Under the pieces are notes generated by a model. It made no database searches and was not told the DNA's origin. It saw only the letters and a program-made list of their open reading frames with translations. A DNA stretch of 53,269 nt from a bacterium (lineage in GTDB: Bacteria; Zhuqueibacterota; Zhuqueibacteria; Oceanimicrobiales; Oceanimicrobiaceae): positions 14,395 to 67,663 of the forward strand of contig JBBIIG010000007.1 in NCBI GenBank assembly GCA_037446635.1, written 5' to 3'. This document shows, piece after piece, positions 1-8,465 of this stretch (positions within the stretch are counted from its first letter, which is position 1; each line of letters opens with the position of its first letter). Made by a program: the position numbers and the translations under genes.

Positions 1-99
1 TATGACTTTGTTTTGTACATCGTCTCCGCGGCGGTCATCGCCGAAAATCCGCAACACTTCGGGTTTGAATTTAAAAATCTCTTGGAAGAAATTAGTTAA
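1..99 (+). CDS. 3' end of an upstream gene, possibly a lytic transglycosylase (MltD-like C-terminus)
   Basis: Frame 1 reads YDFVLYIVSAAVIAENPQHFGFEFKNLLEEIS* (TAA 97-99); the AAxIAENPxxFGF motif resembles the end of MltD-type SLT domains; truncated by the window edge. Confidence 0.45.
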   Translation, partial: YDFVLYIVSAAVIAENPQHFGFEFKNLLEEIS

Positions 100-190
100 C
101 CACGAATTCCACAAAGGTAGGCCGCATTAACCTGACCCCAAAGGCACACAGGTCACCTGTTAATTCCTGAAACTTAGAGAATTCGTGGTT
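98..190. repeat. Short inverted-repeat element with AACCACGAATT...AATTCGTGGTT ends, no cargo
   Basis: Perfect 11-bp inverted repeat at 98-108 and 180-190; related ends at 5000-5028, 6181-6211 and 8404-8432. Confidence 0.7.
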
Positions 191-225
191 CCTGGTTCCA
201 AATTCAAAAAAGGAGACTGAATCTC

Positions 226-1833
226 ATGAATGTGGACGCCATTCGCGAGTTGGAAAAACAGGGCATCAAAAACGTCAATCGCATTTTCTGGAATCTTTCC
301 ACCCCCGCGCTTTATGAAGAAGCCATAAAACGCCGCGAGGGATTGTTGGCGCACTTGGGGCCATTCCTCGTTCGCACCGGGCATCACACCGGGCGTTCGC
401 CCAACGACAAATTTATTGTCAAAGAGAAGAGCAGCGACCAGCACATCTGGTGGGGAAAAATCAACCGTCCATTTGAGGAAAACAATTTCAATAAGCTGCA
501 CAATCGTATGCTGGCCTATTTGCAGGGGCGAGATATTTTTGTGCAGGACTGCTACGCCGGCGCCGATCCCAATTATCGCATCTCGGTGCGGGTGATCACC
601 GAAACCGCCTGGCACAACATCTTCGTGCGCAATTTGTTCATTCAAGTGCCCCGCGAGGAATTGGACAAATTCGAGCCGGATTTCACCATTATCAACGCGC
701 CGCGTTTTCACGCGGTGCCGGAATTGGACGGCACCAACTCCGAGGTGTTCATCATCGTGAATTTCGGGAAGAAATTGGTCTTAATCGGCGGCACCAGTTA
801 TGCCGGCGAAATCAAGAAATCCGTGTTCACGATTTTGAATTATCTGTTGCCGCTCGATCCCAATAATAAGGGCACGAAAGTGCTGTCGATGCACTGCTCC
901 GCCAACGTTGGCAAAAGCGGGGACGTGGCGTTGTTCTTCGGACTGTCCGGCACCGGCAAAACCACGCTCTCCGCCGATCCCAATCGCGGCCTGATCGGCG
1001 ATGACGAGCACGGTTGGAGCGACAAAGGAATTTTCAACTTCGAGGGCGGCTGCTACGCCAAAGTGATTCGGCTGTCTAAAGAGGCCGAGCCGGAAATTTA
1101 CGAAACGACGCGCCGCTTCGGCACCATTCTCGAGAACGTTGCCATCGACACCCAGTCGCGGCTGCTCAACCTCGACGACGCCTCACTGACGGAAAACACG
1201 CGCGCGGCGTACCCGCTTTCGCACATCAACAATGCGGTCATTCCCAGCGTAGCCGGACATCCCAAAAATATTATTATGCTCACCGCGGATGCCTTCGGCG
1301 TGCTGCCGCCCATCGCCAAGCTCACGCAGGAGCAGGCCATGTATCACTTTCTCTCCGGCTACACCGCGAAAGTCGCCGGCACCGAAAAGGGCTTGGGCAA
1401 AGAACCGCAGGCGACGTTCAGCACCTGTTTTGGCGCGCCCTTCATGGCGCTGCACCCGACGGTTTACGCGCAGCTGCTCGGCGAGAAAATGGCGCAGCAC
1501 AAAGTCGATTGCTGGCTGGTGAACACCGGCTGGAGCGGCGGGCCCTTTGGCGTCGGCAGCCGCATGAAAATTGCTTACACCCGCGCCATGATTACCGCCG
1601 CGCTCGATGGCTCGCTGGCCAACGTATCCACTGAAGAAGATCCGATTTTTGGGCTGCACATTCCGGTGTCCTGTCCCAACGTGCCAAACGAAGTTTTGAA
1701 ACCGCGCAATACGTGGCCGGACAAATCCGCGTACGATGATCAGGCCCAAAAGCTCTCCGCGATGTTCAAGAAAAATTTCGAGCAGTTTGCGGATCAGGTG
1801 ACGGAGGCGGTGAAGAAGGCGGGTCCGAAGTAA
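226..1833 (+). CDS. pckA: Phosphoenolpyruvate carboxykinase (ATP)
   Basis: [29 protein letters not shown]-loop, [18 protein letters not shown] motifs; AGGAG RBS upstream. Confidence 0.97.
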   Translation: MNVDAIRELEKQGIKNVNRIFWNLSTPALYEEAIKRREGLLAHLGPFLVRTGHHTGRSPNDKFIVKEKSSDQHIWWGKINRPFEENNFNKLHNRMLAYLQGRDIFVQDCYAGADPNYRISVRVITETAWHNIFVRNLFIQVPREELDKFEPDFTIINAPRFHAVPELDGTNSEVFIIVNFGKKLVLIGGTSYAGEIKKSVFTILNYLLPLDPNNKGTKVLSMHCSANVGKSGDVALFFGLSGTGKTTLSADPNRGLIGDDEHGWSDKGIFNFEGGCYAKVIRLSKEAEPEIYETTRRFGTILENVAIDTQSRLLNLDDASLTENTRAAYPLSHINNAVIPSVAGHPKNIIMLTADAFGVLPPIAKLTQEQAMYHFLSGYTAKVAGTEKGLGKEPQATFSTCFGAPFMALHPTVYAQLLGEKMAQHKVDCWLVNTGWSGGPFGVGSRMKIAYTRAMITAALDGSLANVSTEEDPIFGLHIPVSCPNVPNEVLKPRNTWPDKSAYDDQAQKLSAMFKKNFEQFADQVTEAVKKAGPK

Positions 1834-1866
1834 TTACCTAACACAACATTCATGTTGTGTTACTCT

Positions 1867-1892
1867 GAGCATCAAGCTTCATCTTGACACTC
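1867..1892. repeat. REP-like palindrome, TGTCAAGC...GCTTGACA family (degenerate copy)
   Basis: gagcatcaagcttcatcttgacactc just after the pckA stop; matches copies at 4501-4553 and 45281-45303. Confidence 0.55.
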
Positions 1893-1970
1893 AAAGCAAG
1901 TCGAAAGCGAAAGTTGAAATTCAGAATTTATGCTATATTGATGTGAACGTTTGTAGATTGGAGAACTATA

Positions 1971-2180
1971 ATGGATTCTAAAACACTGTTGAAAGCAGCG
2001 CTGCAATTGCGGCCATCAGAAAGGCTACAACTTATGGAGTGGCTGGCTCAAAGCCTTGATAAGCCCGACGAAAAAATTGATGCGACCTGGGCGGAGGAGT
2101 CAGAAAAAAGATACGAGGCATTAAAAACCGGCAGGGTTAAAACCATTCCTTTAGATGAAATAATCAAAAAATACAAGTAA
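1971..2180 (+). CDS. Putative addiction-module antitoxin component (ParE/RelE partner)
   Basis: 69 aa with ALQLRPSERLQLMEWLAQSL...WAEESEKRY...G-V-TIP pattern typical of the family; GGAG RBS; directly upstream of a ParE-like gene. Confidence 0.85.
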   Translation: MDSKTLLKAALQLRPSERLQLMEWLAQSLDKPDEKIDATWAEESEKRYEALKTGRVKTIPLDEIIKKYK

Positions 2181-2184
2181 GCAA

Positions 2185-2481
2185 ATGGATGTTGAATTCA
2201 TAGAGCCGGCTTCCATTGAGTTGGATGACGCAATTCAATATTACAATTTGCAGTCTGACGGACTTGGCGATACGTTTTTGAGGAAGTTTTGAAAACTGGT
2301 CGATCTCATAATACTTTTCCCGAAAGCTTGGGCGCAAAATACCAAGCATACTCGGAAGGCGATTCTGGAAAAGTTTCCCTATAACTTGATTTACACAATC
2401 TACAAAAATAAAATCTTCATTCTTGCTGTGGCTCATCAGCACAGAGAGCCAGAGTACTGGATTGATAGACTCTTTGAGTGA
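2185..2481 (+). pseudogene. ParE/RelE-family toxin, interrupted by in-frame TGA at 2290-2292
   Basis: MDVEFIEPASIELDDAIQYYNLQSDGLGDTFLRKF*KLVDLIILFPKAW...RKAILEKFPYNLIY...ILAVAHQHREPEYWIDRLFE*; ParE-type FPY and AVAHxxRxP-YW motifs. Confidence 0.85.
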
Positions 2482-2496
2482 TTCGCTATTTAGAAA

Positions 2497-2706
2497 ATGA
2501 AGATCAACGACGATGCCGCAGTGGATGCGCTCTACATTGAGCTCCGCGCGTTAAAGAAAGGGCAGGCGGAAACGCGCCCATTGAGCGATGATGTGATAGC
2601 GAACTACGGACCCGATGGCAAATTAGCGGGTCTGGAAGTTTTGGATGTAAGTGTTGTCTTGGGACGGACTTTAGAGAAAGTGATTATTGAGGTTTCACCG
2701 ATTTAA
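2497..2706 (+). CDS. DUF2283 family protein (putative antitoxin, orphan)
   Basis: VDALYIEL...DDVIANYGPDGKLAGLEVLD pattern. Confidence 0.75.
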   Translation: MKINDDAAVDALYIELRALKKGQAETRPLSDDVIANYGPDGKLAGLEVLDVSVVLGRTLEKVIIEVSPI

Positions 2707-2918
2707 GAAAAAAGCAGCGGCTTAGAAATTTTGCGGTTCAGTTTAAATTACTACTTACAAGACTATTTGTAAAATTGTTAGATACGCCGGTAACGCACAC
2801 TATGTGTTCCCTACATGGAACCTTTGTAAATTGGATTTTTAAACGTCGTGTACTTCATGGTTGAATACGTGCTTTTGTGATTTTTACAATAGTCTTGTTA
2901 ATGTCAGCCCACCGTCTG

Positions 2919-4484
2919 CTAAAATAATCTTCCCCTTCGCGAGCGCCCGCCCATTCCCAGCACGCCCAAAAGTCCGCGCGTCAATTCCCGCGCCACGGTG
3001 CGCCCAACCTGCCGGGTAATGGGCGAGTCGATGACCGTCTCGAACGTGCTTTTCTGTTTGCGTCCAGTAGTACGCGGACTCGGCATTCGTTCCCACTCAC
3101 GCCGCAACTGTTCCTGTTTTTCGGCTTGCTGAAATTCCGCGATTTTCGCGTTCAGCATCTCGTAGGCGCTCTCGCGGTCGATGGCCTGATTGTATTTCTT
3201 TACCAGCGCTGAGCGACTGACCACCTCATCAATTTCCTGCGGGGTCAAAATATCCATGCGCGAGCGCGGCGCGCACAACAATGTGGCGGCTAGCGGAGTC
3301 GGCACGCCTTTTTCGTTGAGCACGGTGATTGCCGCTTCGCCGATTCCCAGTGAAGTGAGCAGCGTCTCGGTTTCATAAAATTCCGAGATAGGATAATTCT
3401 CGGCGATGAGCTTGATCATTTTGCGATCCTTCGCGGTGAATGCCCGCAGCGCGTGCTGCACTTTCATGCCCAACTGACTCAACACCGCGTCCGGAACATC
3501 GGTGGGATTTTGGGTGCAGAAGAAAATGCCCACGCCTTTCGAGCGGATTAATTTGATGATGGTTTCGATTTGATCGAGCAATGCCTTCGAGGCTTCTTCA
3601 AAAATCAAATGCGCTTCATCGATGAAGATGACGAGTTTGGGTTGATCGAGATCCCCTTCTTCCGGAAAAGTTGAATAAATCTCCGCCAGCAAACTCAACA
3701 TAAAAGTGGAAAACAGTTTTGGGCGATCTTGTATGTCAGTTAGGCGAAGAATGGAAATCACGCCGCGCCCCTGCTCGTCAATTCGCAGCAGGTCTTCCAC
3801 CTCGAAGGATTTTTCGCCGAAAAATAGTTCCGCGCCCTGCTGCTCCAATTCGATGACTTTGCGCAAAATCGTGCCGACGGAGGTTGGCGAAATGCTGCCG
3901 TACTGTTCGGTGATTTTCGCCTTGCCTTCGTTGGAAATGAAATTGAGTGTTTTCTTGAAATCTTTGAGATCCAAAAGCGGCAGTTGCTCGTCGTCGCAGT
4001 ATTTGAACACCAGCGCGACGACGCCGGCTTGCGTGTCGTTCAGTCCGAGAATCTTTGAAAAGAGCACCGGGCCAAATTCCGAAACTGTGGCGCGCAGCCG
4101 CACCCCTTTTTCCGCGGAGAGGGAAAGCAGCTCCACCGGAAATGCCTGCGGCTGAAATGGAATGCCGATTTTCTGATGGCGATCCTCTATTTTTGCATTC
4201 GAAGCCCCGGCTTTGGCGATGCCGCTGAGATCGCCTTTGATATCCATCATCAAAACCGGGACGCTTTTTTCAGAAAGTCCCTCGGCGATCATTTGCAAAG
4301 TTTTGGTTTTGCCAGTGCCCGTGGCGCCGGCGATGAGCCCGTGCCGGTTGAGCGTTTTCAGCGGAACTCGCACCAGCGTGTTGGGCAGACATTCGCTGTC
4401 CAACATGGCGGCGCCGAGCGCCAGCGATTCGCCTTCGAATTGGTATCCCGCAGAGATGGTTTCCTGGAATTTTTGCTTGCTCAT
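2919..4484 (-). CDS. HerA-like ATPase, DUF853/YjgR family
   Basis: NRHGLIAGATGTGKT Walker A, DIKGDLSG, FIDEAHL Walker B, LIRSKGVG, TQNPTD, QHALRAFT. Confidence 0.9.
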   Translation of the reverse strand: MSKQKFQETISAGYQFEGESLALGAAMLDSECLPNTLVRVPLKTLNRHGLIAGATGTGKTKTLQMIAEGLSEKSVPVLMMDIKGDLSGIAKAGASNAKIEDRHQKIGIPFQPQAFPVELLSLSAEKGVRLRATVSEFGPVLFSKILGLNDTQAGVVALVFKYCDDEQLPLLDLKDFKKTLNFISNEGKAKITEQYGSISPTSVGTILRKVIELEQQGAELFFGEKSFEVEDLLRIDEQGRGVISILRLTDIQDRPKLFSTFMLSLLAEIYSTFPEEGDLDQPKLVIFIDEAHLIFEEASKALLDQIETIIKLIRSKGVGIFFCTQNPTDVPDAVLSQLGMKVQHALRAFTAKDRKMIKLIAENYPISEFYETETLLTSLGIGEAAITVLNEKGVPTPLAATLLCAPRSRMDILTPQEIDEVVSRSALVKKYNQAIDRESAYEMLNAKIAEFQQAEKQEQLRREWERMPSPRTTGRKQKSTFETVIDSPITRQVGRTVARELTRGLLGVLGMGGRSRRGRLF

Positions 4485-4500
4485 GGTATCCTCATCATTT

Positions 4501-4553
4501 TGTCAAGCTGAAGCTTGACACTCCTTTCTTGTCAAACTAACGTTTGATACTCC
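4501..4553. repeat. Two tandem REP-like palindromes with GGAG foot
   Basis: tgtcaagctgaagcttgacactcc (4501-4524) and degenerate tgtcaaactaacgtttgatactcc (4530-4553). Confidence 0.7.
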
Positions 4554-4622
4554 GTTCTTGACAAAGAAAAGGGGCGATCCCGAGATCGCCCCAGACAACC
4601 AACGGCGTCACTGAAACCCAGA

Positions 4623-4793
4623 CTACACGCCTTTCATCGCGGTGCCGAGAGCCAGCAAAGCAAACCCCACGGTGACCAGCCAGAAGGCGTTGGCTGAAAC
4701 AAAATTGATGGCGACAAAATTTCCGAGGATGCCGAGAACGCCGACGATTACCGCCACCAGCCATACTGCTTGTTTAGGGGCACTGAGTTTCAT
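4623..4793 (-). CDS. Small two-TM membrane protein, hypothetical (56 aa)
   Basis: MKLSAPKQAVWLVAVIVGVLGILG...FWLVTVGFALLALGTAMKGV; strong GGAGG RBS before the ATG at 4793. Confidence 0.75.
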   Translation of the reverse strand: MKLSAPKQAVWLVAVIVGVLGILGNFVAINFVSANAFWLVTVGFALLALGTAMKGV

Positions 4794-4961
4794 GTTCCCT
4801 CCTTCCGTTAGGTTAGTTGACTTTATGATAATAATTTCTCGACCAAAGTCAAGCAAAATGTCTGGTTATCTTGAGCGAGAAATTTTTGGATTTAAATTTT
4901 CACCCACACATACTCTCGGTCAGTCGTGTGTGTGATCGTTAGATGCAACCGCCAGAGATTT

Positions 4962-5028
4962 GATACGGGGTTTGTTTGATAGTTTGTGGAAAAGCTTTGA
5001 ACCACGAATTACACGTATTGCACGAATT
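4962..5028 (+). repeat. Direct repeat of 6143-6211, ending in an AACCACGAATT-type left end
   Basis: gatacggggtttgtttgatagtttgtggaaaagctttgaaccacgaattacacgtattgcacgaatt versus gatacgggttttgtttgatgagtttgtggaaaggctataactacgaattacaggaattgaaaacgaatt. Confidence 0.75.
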
Positions 5029-5087
5029 GTTTATTTGTGCGCGCCTCAGAAAATTCTTATTTTACAATAGCCAATTGAGGCAATTAG

Positions 5088-5289
5088 ATGCGAGTCTTCA
5101 AGGACGTCGATAGTCGAGACGTTCGATTGCTGTTGAACGATATGAGCACTTGATAGAGAAACCACCAATGACGCCGTTATGGAGAAAGTCGATGACAAGG
5201 GTAACGTCATCGGGTTCTCGATACTAAAAATGAGTGCGTTGCGTGGACAAAAACCGCTGGCGGTAACATTGGCAAGCAAAGCTGCGTGA
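5088..5289 (+). pseudogene. Collapsed toxin-antitoxin remnant: toxin-like N-terminus fused by deletion to a DUF2283-like C-terminus
   Basis: ATG 5088 gives MRVFKDVDSRDVRL, then after a frameshift VERYEHLIE; from 5155 RETTNDAVMEKVDDKGNVIGFSILKMSALRGQKPLAVTLASKAA* is a DUF2283-type C-terminal half with no start. Confidence 0.65.
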
Positions 5290-5450
5290 ATTAAACCTTG
5301 AACAGATCCAACACAGTCTGTGACTGTGTTTTGAAATTGCCGGCGGCGGGTTGCACCGCAAATACACCGTCAGAGACGGTGTAGGATCGGTTAGTGGCGC
5401 AGCAACGAGGGCAGCCGCCAGCGCACGAAGCCCTTCTGTGCGCGGGTTGC

Positions 5451-5611
5451 TGTCATTCCCTGCCTGCAGCAGGCAGGCGAGCGAGCGAAGCGAGTCGAGG
5501 AATCTGACGGAGAGTTGTATCTGTGAGTGCGCACAGGATTCAATTGGCATATCACGATCGGTGCACCGCCAGATTTCTCATCCCGTAAAAAGCACGTGAT
5601 TCGAAATGACA
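5451..5611. repeat. TGTCATTCC...GAGGAATCT / AGATTTCTC...GAAATGACA palindromic element, with a 19-bp CCTGCC-type insert
   Basis: Same family as 5835-5971 and 35655-35794; extra cctgcctgcagcaggcagg at 5459-5477. Confidence 0.8.
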
Positions 5612-5652
5612 AATACGTGTGACTGTGTTTTGAAATTGCCGGACGCGGGTTT

Positions 5653-5754
5653 GTTCCTCCCCCATTTTGTTTTTTAAATGGGGGAGGTTAGGTGGGGGTC
5701 CGACCCCCTCTCGGCCTCCCCCAAATTCTAAAAAGCATAATTTGGGGGAGGAGA
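5653..5754. mobile_element. Gene-less (MITE-like) copy of the DUF559-associated hairpin element
   Basis: Left and right ends of the 11697-12157 element joined as GGGGGT-cc-GACCCCC with no ORF. Confidence 0.8.
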
Positions 5755-5834
5755 ATTTGGTACGCCAACGCTGGCAGCAACGAGGGCAGCCGCCAGCGCA
5801 CGAAGCCGCTCCGCGCGGTGCAGTTCATACGGAG

Positions 5835-5971
5835 TGTCATTCCGAGCGAGCGAAGCGAGTCGAGGAATCTGACGGAGAGTTGGAGCTGCAAATGCGCACA
5901 GGATTCAATGCGCATACCATGATCTGTGCGCCGCCAGATTTCTCTCCCGAAGTGGCGGGATTGAAATTACA
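5835..5971. repeat. TGTCATTCC-family palindromic element
   Basis: tgtcattccgagcgagcgaagcgagtcgaggaatct...agatttctc...gaaattaca. Confidence 0.8.
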
Positions 5972-6227
5972 AATACGGGTGACTGTGTTTTGAAATTGCC
6001 GGCGGCCAGTGGCATGCAAATACACCGTCAGAGACGGTGTAGGATCGCTTAGTGGACGATGGCAGCAACGAGGGCATGCGCCAGCGTACGAAGCCGTTCT
6101 GCGCGGTGTAGTTTTTATACGGAGGCTTTGCCGGGGCCGCTCGATACGGGTTTTGTTTGATGAGTTTGTGGAAAGGCTATAACTACGAATTACAGGAATT
6201 GAAAACGAATTAATAAACTGAAGTTGA

Positions 6228-6938
6228 TTGTACCCATCTGACAGTTTGCGAAACATTTCTCCGATGCCATCGGGTCAATTAAAATTCTCATTACCTCTGC
6301 AAAAACTCAAATTTGAACTTGATATAGAGGAATTACTCATCGAAGAAGAGAAATCTCTCGATATGCAAAAGGGTTCTGACACACCATACGACAACAGCAA
6401 ACAAATTACTGATCTACTCCAAAAGATTATCTCGTTAAAAGGTAAATTTGACCAACGGGCTGAGAGAGTTGGACCGAATGGCGAACCTGACGCACTAGCT
6501 TCTGTGAAGAATGAGTTGGAAGCCACTATCAACTCCGCAAGGTTGGAGGTAAAAAAACGAGACATATTCTACAAAATATATATGAGCCTTAATCAATCCC
6601 TTCCTGTCAGAAAAAAAGTAGCTAAACACATATTCGATTTTGTTTGGAGCTTGTCAAATCAAATTAGCATCTCTGCTGTAATCTTGTTTGGATCTCAGGT
6701 GACTGGCACGGCTCATAAATGGAGCGATATTGATCTCGCAATTATTTCACCAGAATTTGAGAACAGATCTAGGTTCTATAGAAAGGCTTTTCTTACAAGA
6801 GTCGCTATATCCACGAACGCAACTAAGATACAGGCTGTAGGCTATTCCCTTTCGGAATGGTCTTCAAACAGATTAGACGGATTTGCCATGATAGTAAAAA
6901 AGACTGGGATCAGTATCTTGAGCTTCCCGGGAAACTAA
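6228..6938 (+). CDS. Helical N-terminal region fused to a minimal nucleotidyltransferase (MNT) domain; start uncertain (6228, 6264 or 6363)
   Basis: C-terminal half has VILFGSQVTGTAHKWSDIDLAIIS (GS...DxD Pol-beta motif); AT-rich. Confidence 0.7.
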   Translation: MYPSDSLRNISPMPSGQLKFSLPLQKLKFELDIEELLIEEEKSLDMQKGSDTPYDNSKQITDLLQKIISLKGKFDQRAERVGPNGEPDALASVKNELEATINSARLEVKKRDIFYKIYMSLNQSLPVRKKVAKHIFDFVWSLSNQISISAVILFGSQVTGTAHKWSDIDLAIISPEFENRSRFYRKAFLTRVAISTNATKIQAVGYSLSEWSSNRLDGFAMIVKKTGISILSFPGN

Positions 6939-6955
6939 AACTATGTGAGGTAATC

Positions 6956-7828
6956 ATGCCTACAAGAATTGATAGTTTTATTGAGCGCGTGTTATTTCTG
7001 GAAAACTATTCCGCACCGCTTCGTGCAGTCACCATTGATGGTCGTGAAACATCAAATGAAAATTTTCAAAGGAATCTATCTCGGATATTTTTACTGCCCA
7101 CAAGACAAATTATGGAACACCGACATTGGGTGGGATTAGGAAGAAGAATTTCAAAGTCGATCTCTGACGAAGGCTTTCTTTCATGGCTATCCGAAGAACG
7201 CCTAATATCTGGTGACCGAGAATCACAAAAATTGGCACGAGAAAGAATTGATGCTCATAGACAGGAACTCCTCAGGAAACTTTCGAACTATTTCGATGAT
7301 GACGCTCAATTTGCTCATGATGCAATTCGCAACGTTGTTTTTCTTGCTTCTGACGGGTCTTTAATCTACGATCCATACGACATCGACGAAAATAAAATAT
7401 CAATTTCTCCATTAATTCGACAATTTGTATTTAACAAGTTAGTCAGTAGTGATAAAGACAACATATCACAAGACGAATATTCTTTTTGGTTAAAAACAAC
7501 TAACCTGTTGCTTCAACCGGTGTCCCAAAACTTTAAAGATGATTTCCAACATCTTTTCGATTATGAGGTTCGTTTTGGTCTTTCTCCAGCAACAGAGTCT
7601 CGAACACTTAGCAATCTGCTGTCACATGCAAATAAGATCGCTTTATTCCCTCTCATTCAAGGTGTGGGTGAGGTAGGAAATGCCATCGCATCTCATCAAT
7701 GGGGTGTAGCTATAGAAGCCGCAGCAACAACTGGAGCTACTGTCATCATAATCATATCAGCCATAGCCATTCTTGATAAATTGTCGCGATGGTCAAGATC
7801 AAAAGAAGAAGATCAGGAACAAGTGTAA
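6956..7828 (+). CDS. Hypothetical protein with a C-terminal hydrophobic segment
   Basis: Long AT-rich ORF; GAGG RBS before ATG 6956; C-terminal GVAIEAAATTGATVIIIISAIAIL hydrophobic stretch. Confidence 0.65.
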   Translation: MPTRIDSFIERVLFLENYSAPLRAVTIDGRETSNENFQRNLSRIFLLPTRQIMEHRHWVGLGRRISKSISDEGFLSWLSEERLISGDRESQKLARERIDAHRQELLRKLSNYFDDDAQFAHDAIRNVVFLASDGSLIYDPYDIDENKISISPLIRQFVFNKLVSSDKDNISQDEYSFWLKTTNLLLQPVSQNFKDDFQHLFDYEVRFGLSPATESRTLSNLLSHANKIALFPLIQGVGEVGNAIASHQWGVAIEAAATTGATVIIIISAIAILDKLSRWSRSKEEDQEQV

Positions 7829-7875
7829 GTCTATCGAACAAGGTCAGTTTTTATTGTCATTTTATTGAATGAGAT

Positions 7876-8382
7876 ATGCAGACAGAATCACTATTACCTT
7901 TTCTTTCTTTAATCGTGGCAGCGCTTGCTGTCTTCTTTGGCCCGATTCTTTCATGGTATGTCGCTAAACGCCAGACTGCAGTAGCCCTGAGGAATGCGGA
8001 ACTACAATCCTCCACCTCGTTGCGTATAGCGAATAAGCAAATAATTGCTCCGATGAGGCAGGCTTGGATTAATAACTTGCGTGACCTGCTATCTGAACTA
8101 CTGGGCAAATGTGAACATTATTGGGCTGCGGGATTCGAAGAGAGGCAAGACGACGAGTATCGCGGTATTACCGAACTCAAAAACAGATTGGTTCTCTTTA
8201 TCAACCCAGAAGAGGATGATCATAGAAAATTATTAGAACATGTGAAGATGATGGTAGAAGTATTAGAGGGTGGCAGTGGTCTCGAAGGTGATAAGAAATT
8301 CTGGGACAATTACCGAGTTACTTTGCAATTATCGCAATCCGTTTTAAAGAAAGAGTGGAATCGAGTAAAAGAAGAAATATGA
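7876..8382 (+). CDS. Hypothetical protein with an N-terminal TM helix
   Basis: LLPFLSLIVAALAVFFGPILSWYV anchor then helical domain (RQAWINNLRDLLSELL...VLKKEWNRVK). Confidence 0.75.
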   Translation: MQTESLLPFLSLIVAALAVFFGPILSWYVAKRQTAVALRNAELQSSTSLRIANKQIIAPMRQAWINNLRDLLSELLGKCEHYWAAGFEERQDDEYRGITELKNRLVLFINPEEDDHRKLLEHVKMMVEVLEGGSGLEGDKKFWDNYRVTLQLSQSVLKKEWNRVKEEI

Positions 8383-8403
8383 ACCAGAATCGCAAAAAAA
8401 ATC

Positions 8404-8432
8404 ATTCGTGTCATTTCGTGAAATTCATGGTT
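8404..8432. repeat. Right end of the AACCACGAATT-type inverted repeat bounding the AT-rich island
   Basis: Reverse complement aaccatgaatttcacgaaatgacacgaat matches 5000-5027 and 6181-6210. Confidence 0.65.
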
Positions 8433-8465
8433 CATCTTTTTTGAAACTCACGGTCCAACCCCCGA

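Larger units (their letters stand above)
5320..6211 (+). repeat. Three-unit modular tandem repeat (periods 299 and 360 bp)
   Basis: Identical 24-mer GTGACTGTGTTTTGAAATTGCCGG at 5320, 5619 and 5979; shared core GCAGCAACGAGGGCA...CGAAGCC at 5399, 5774 and 6062. Confidence 0.9.

Noticed and set aside
2290..2292. Selenocysteine or programmed readthrough at the in-frame TGA of the ParE-like gene
   Set aside because: No Cys expected at this position, no evident SECIS-like hairpin, other genes use TGA as stop; compensating indels explain it
5320..6002. Three identical 24-bp repeats as a CRISPR array
   Set aside because: Intervening segments are 275-336 bp and similar to each other; no cas genes in the window
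5224..6256. ORF-track entries across the repeat nest (e.g. 5224-5550, 5667-5993, 5837-6256)
   Set aside because: They are translations of palindromic repeats with no RBS or protein-family features
4962..8432. Integron cassette array
   Set aside because: No integrase and no attC-like RYYYAAC...GTTRRRY sites recognisable between the cargo genes
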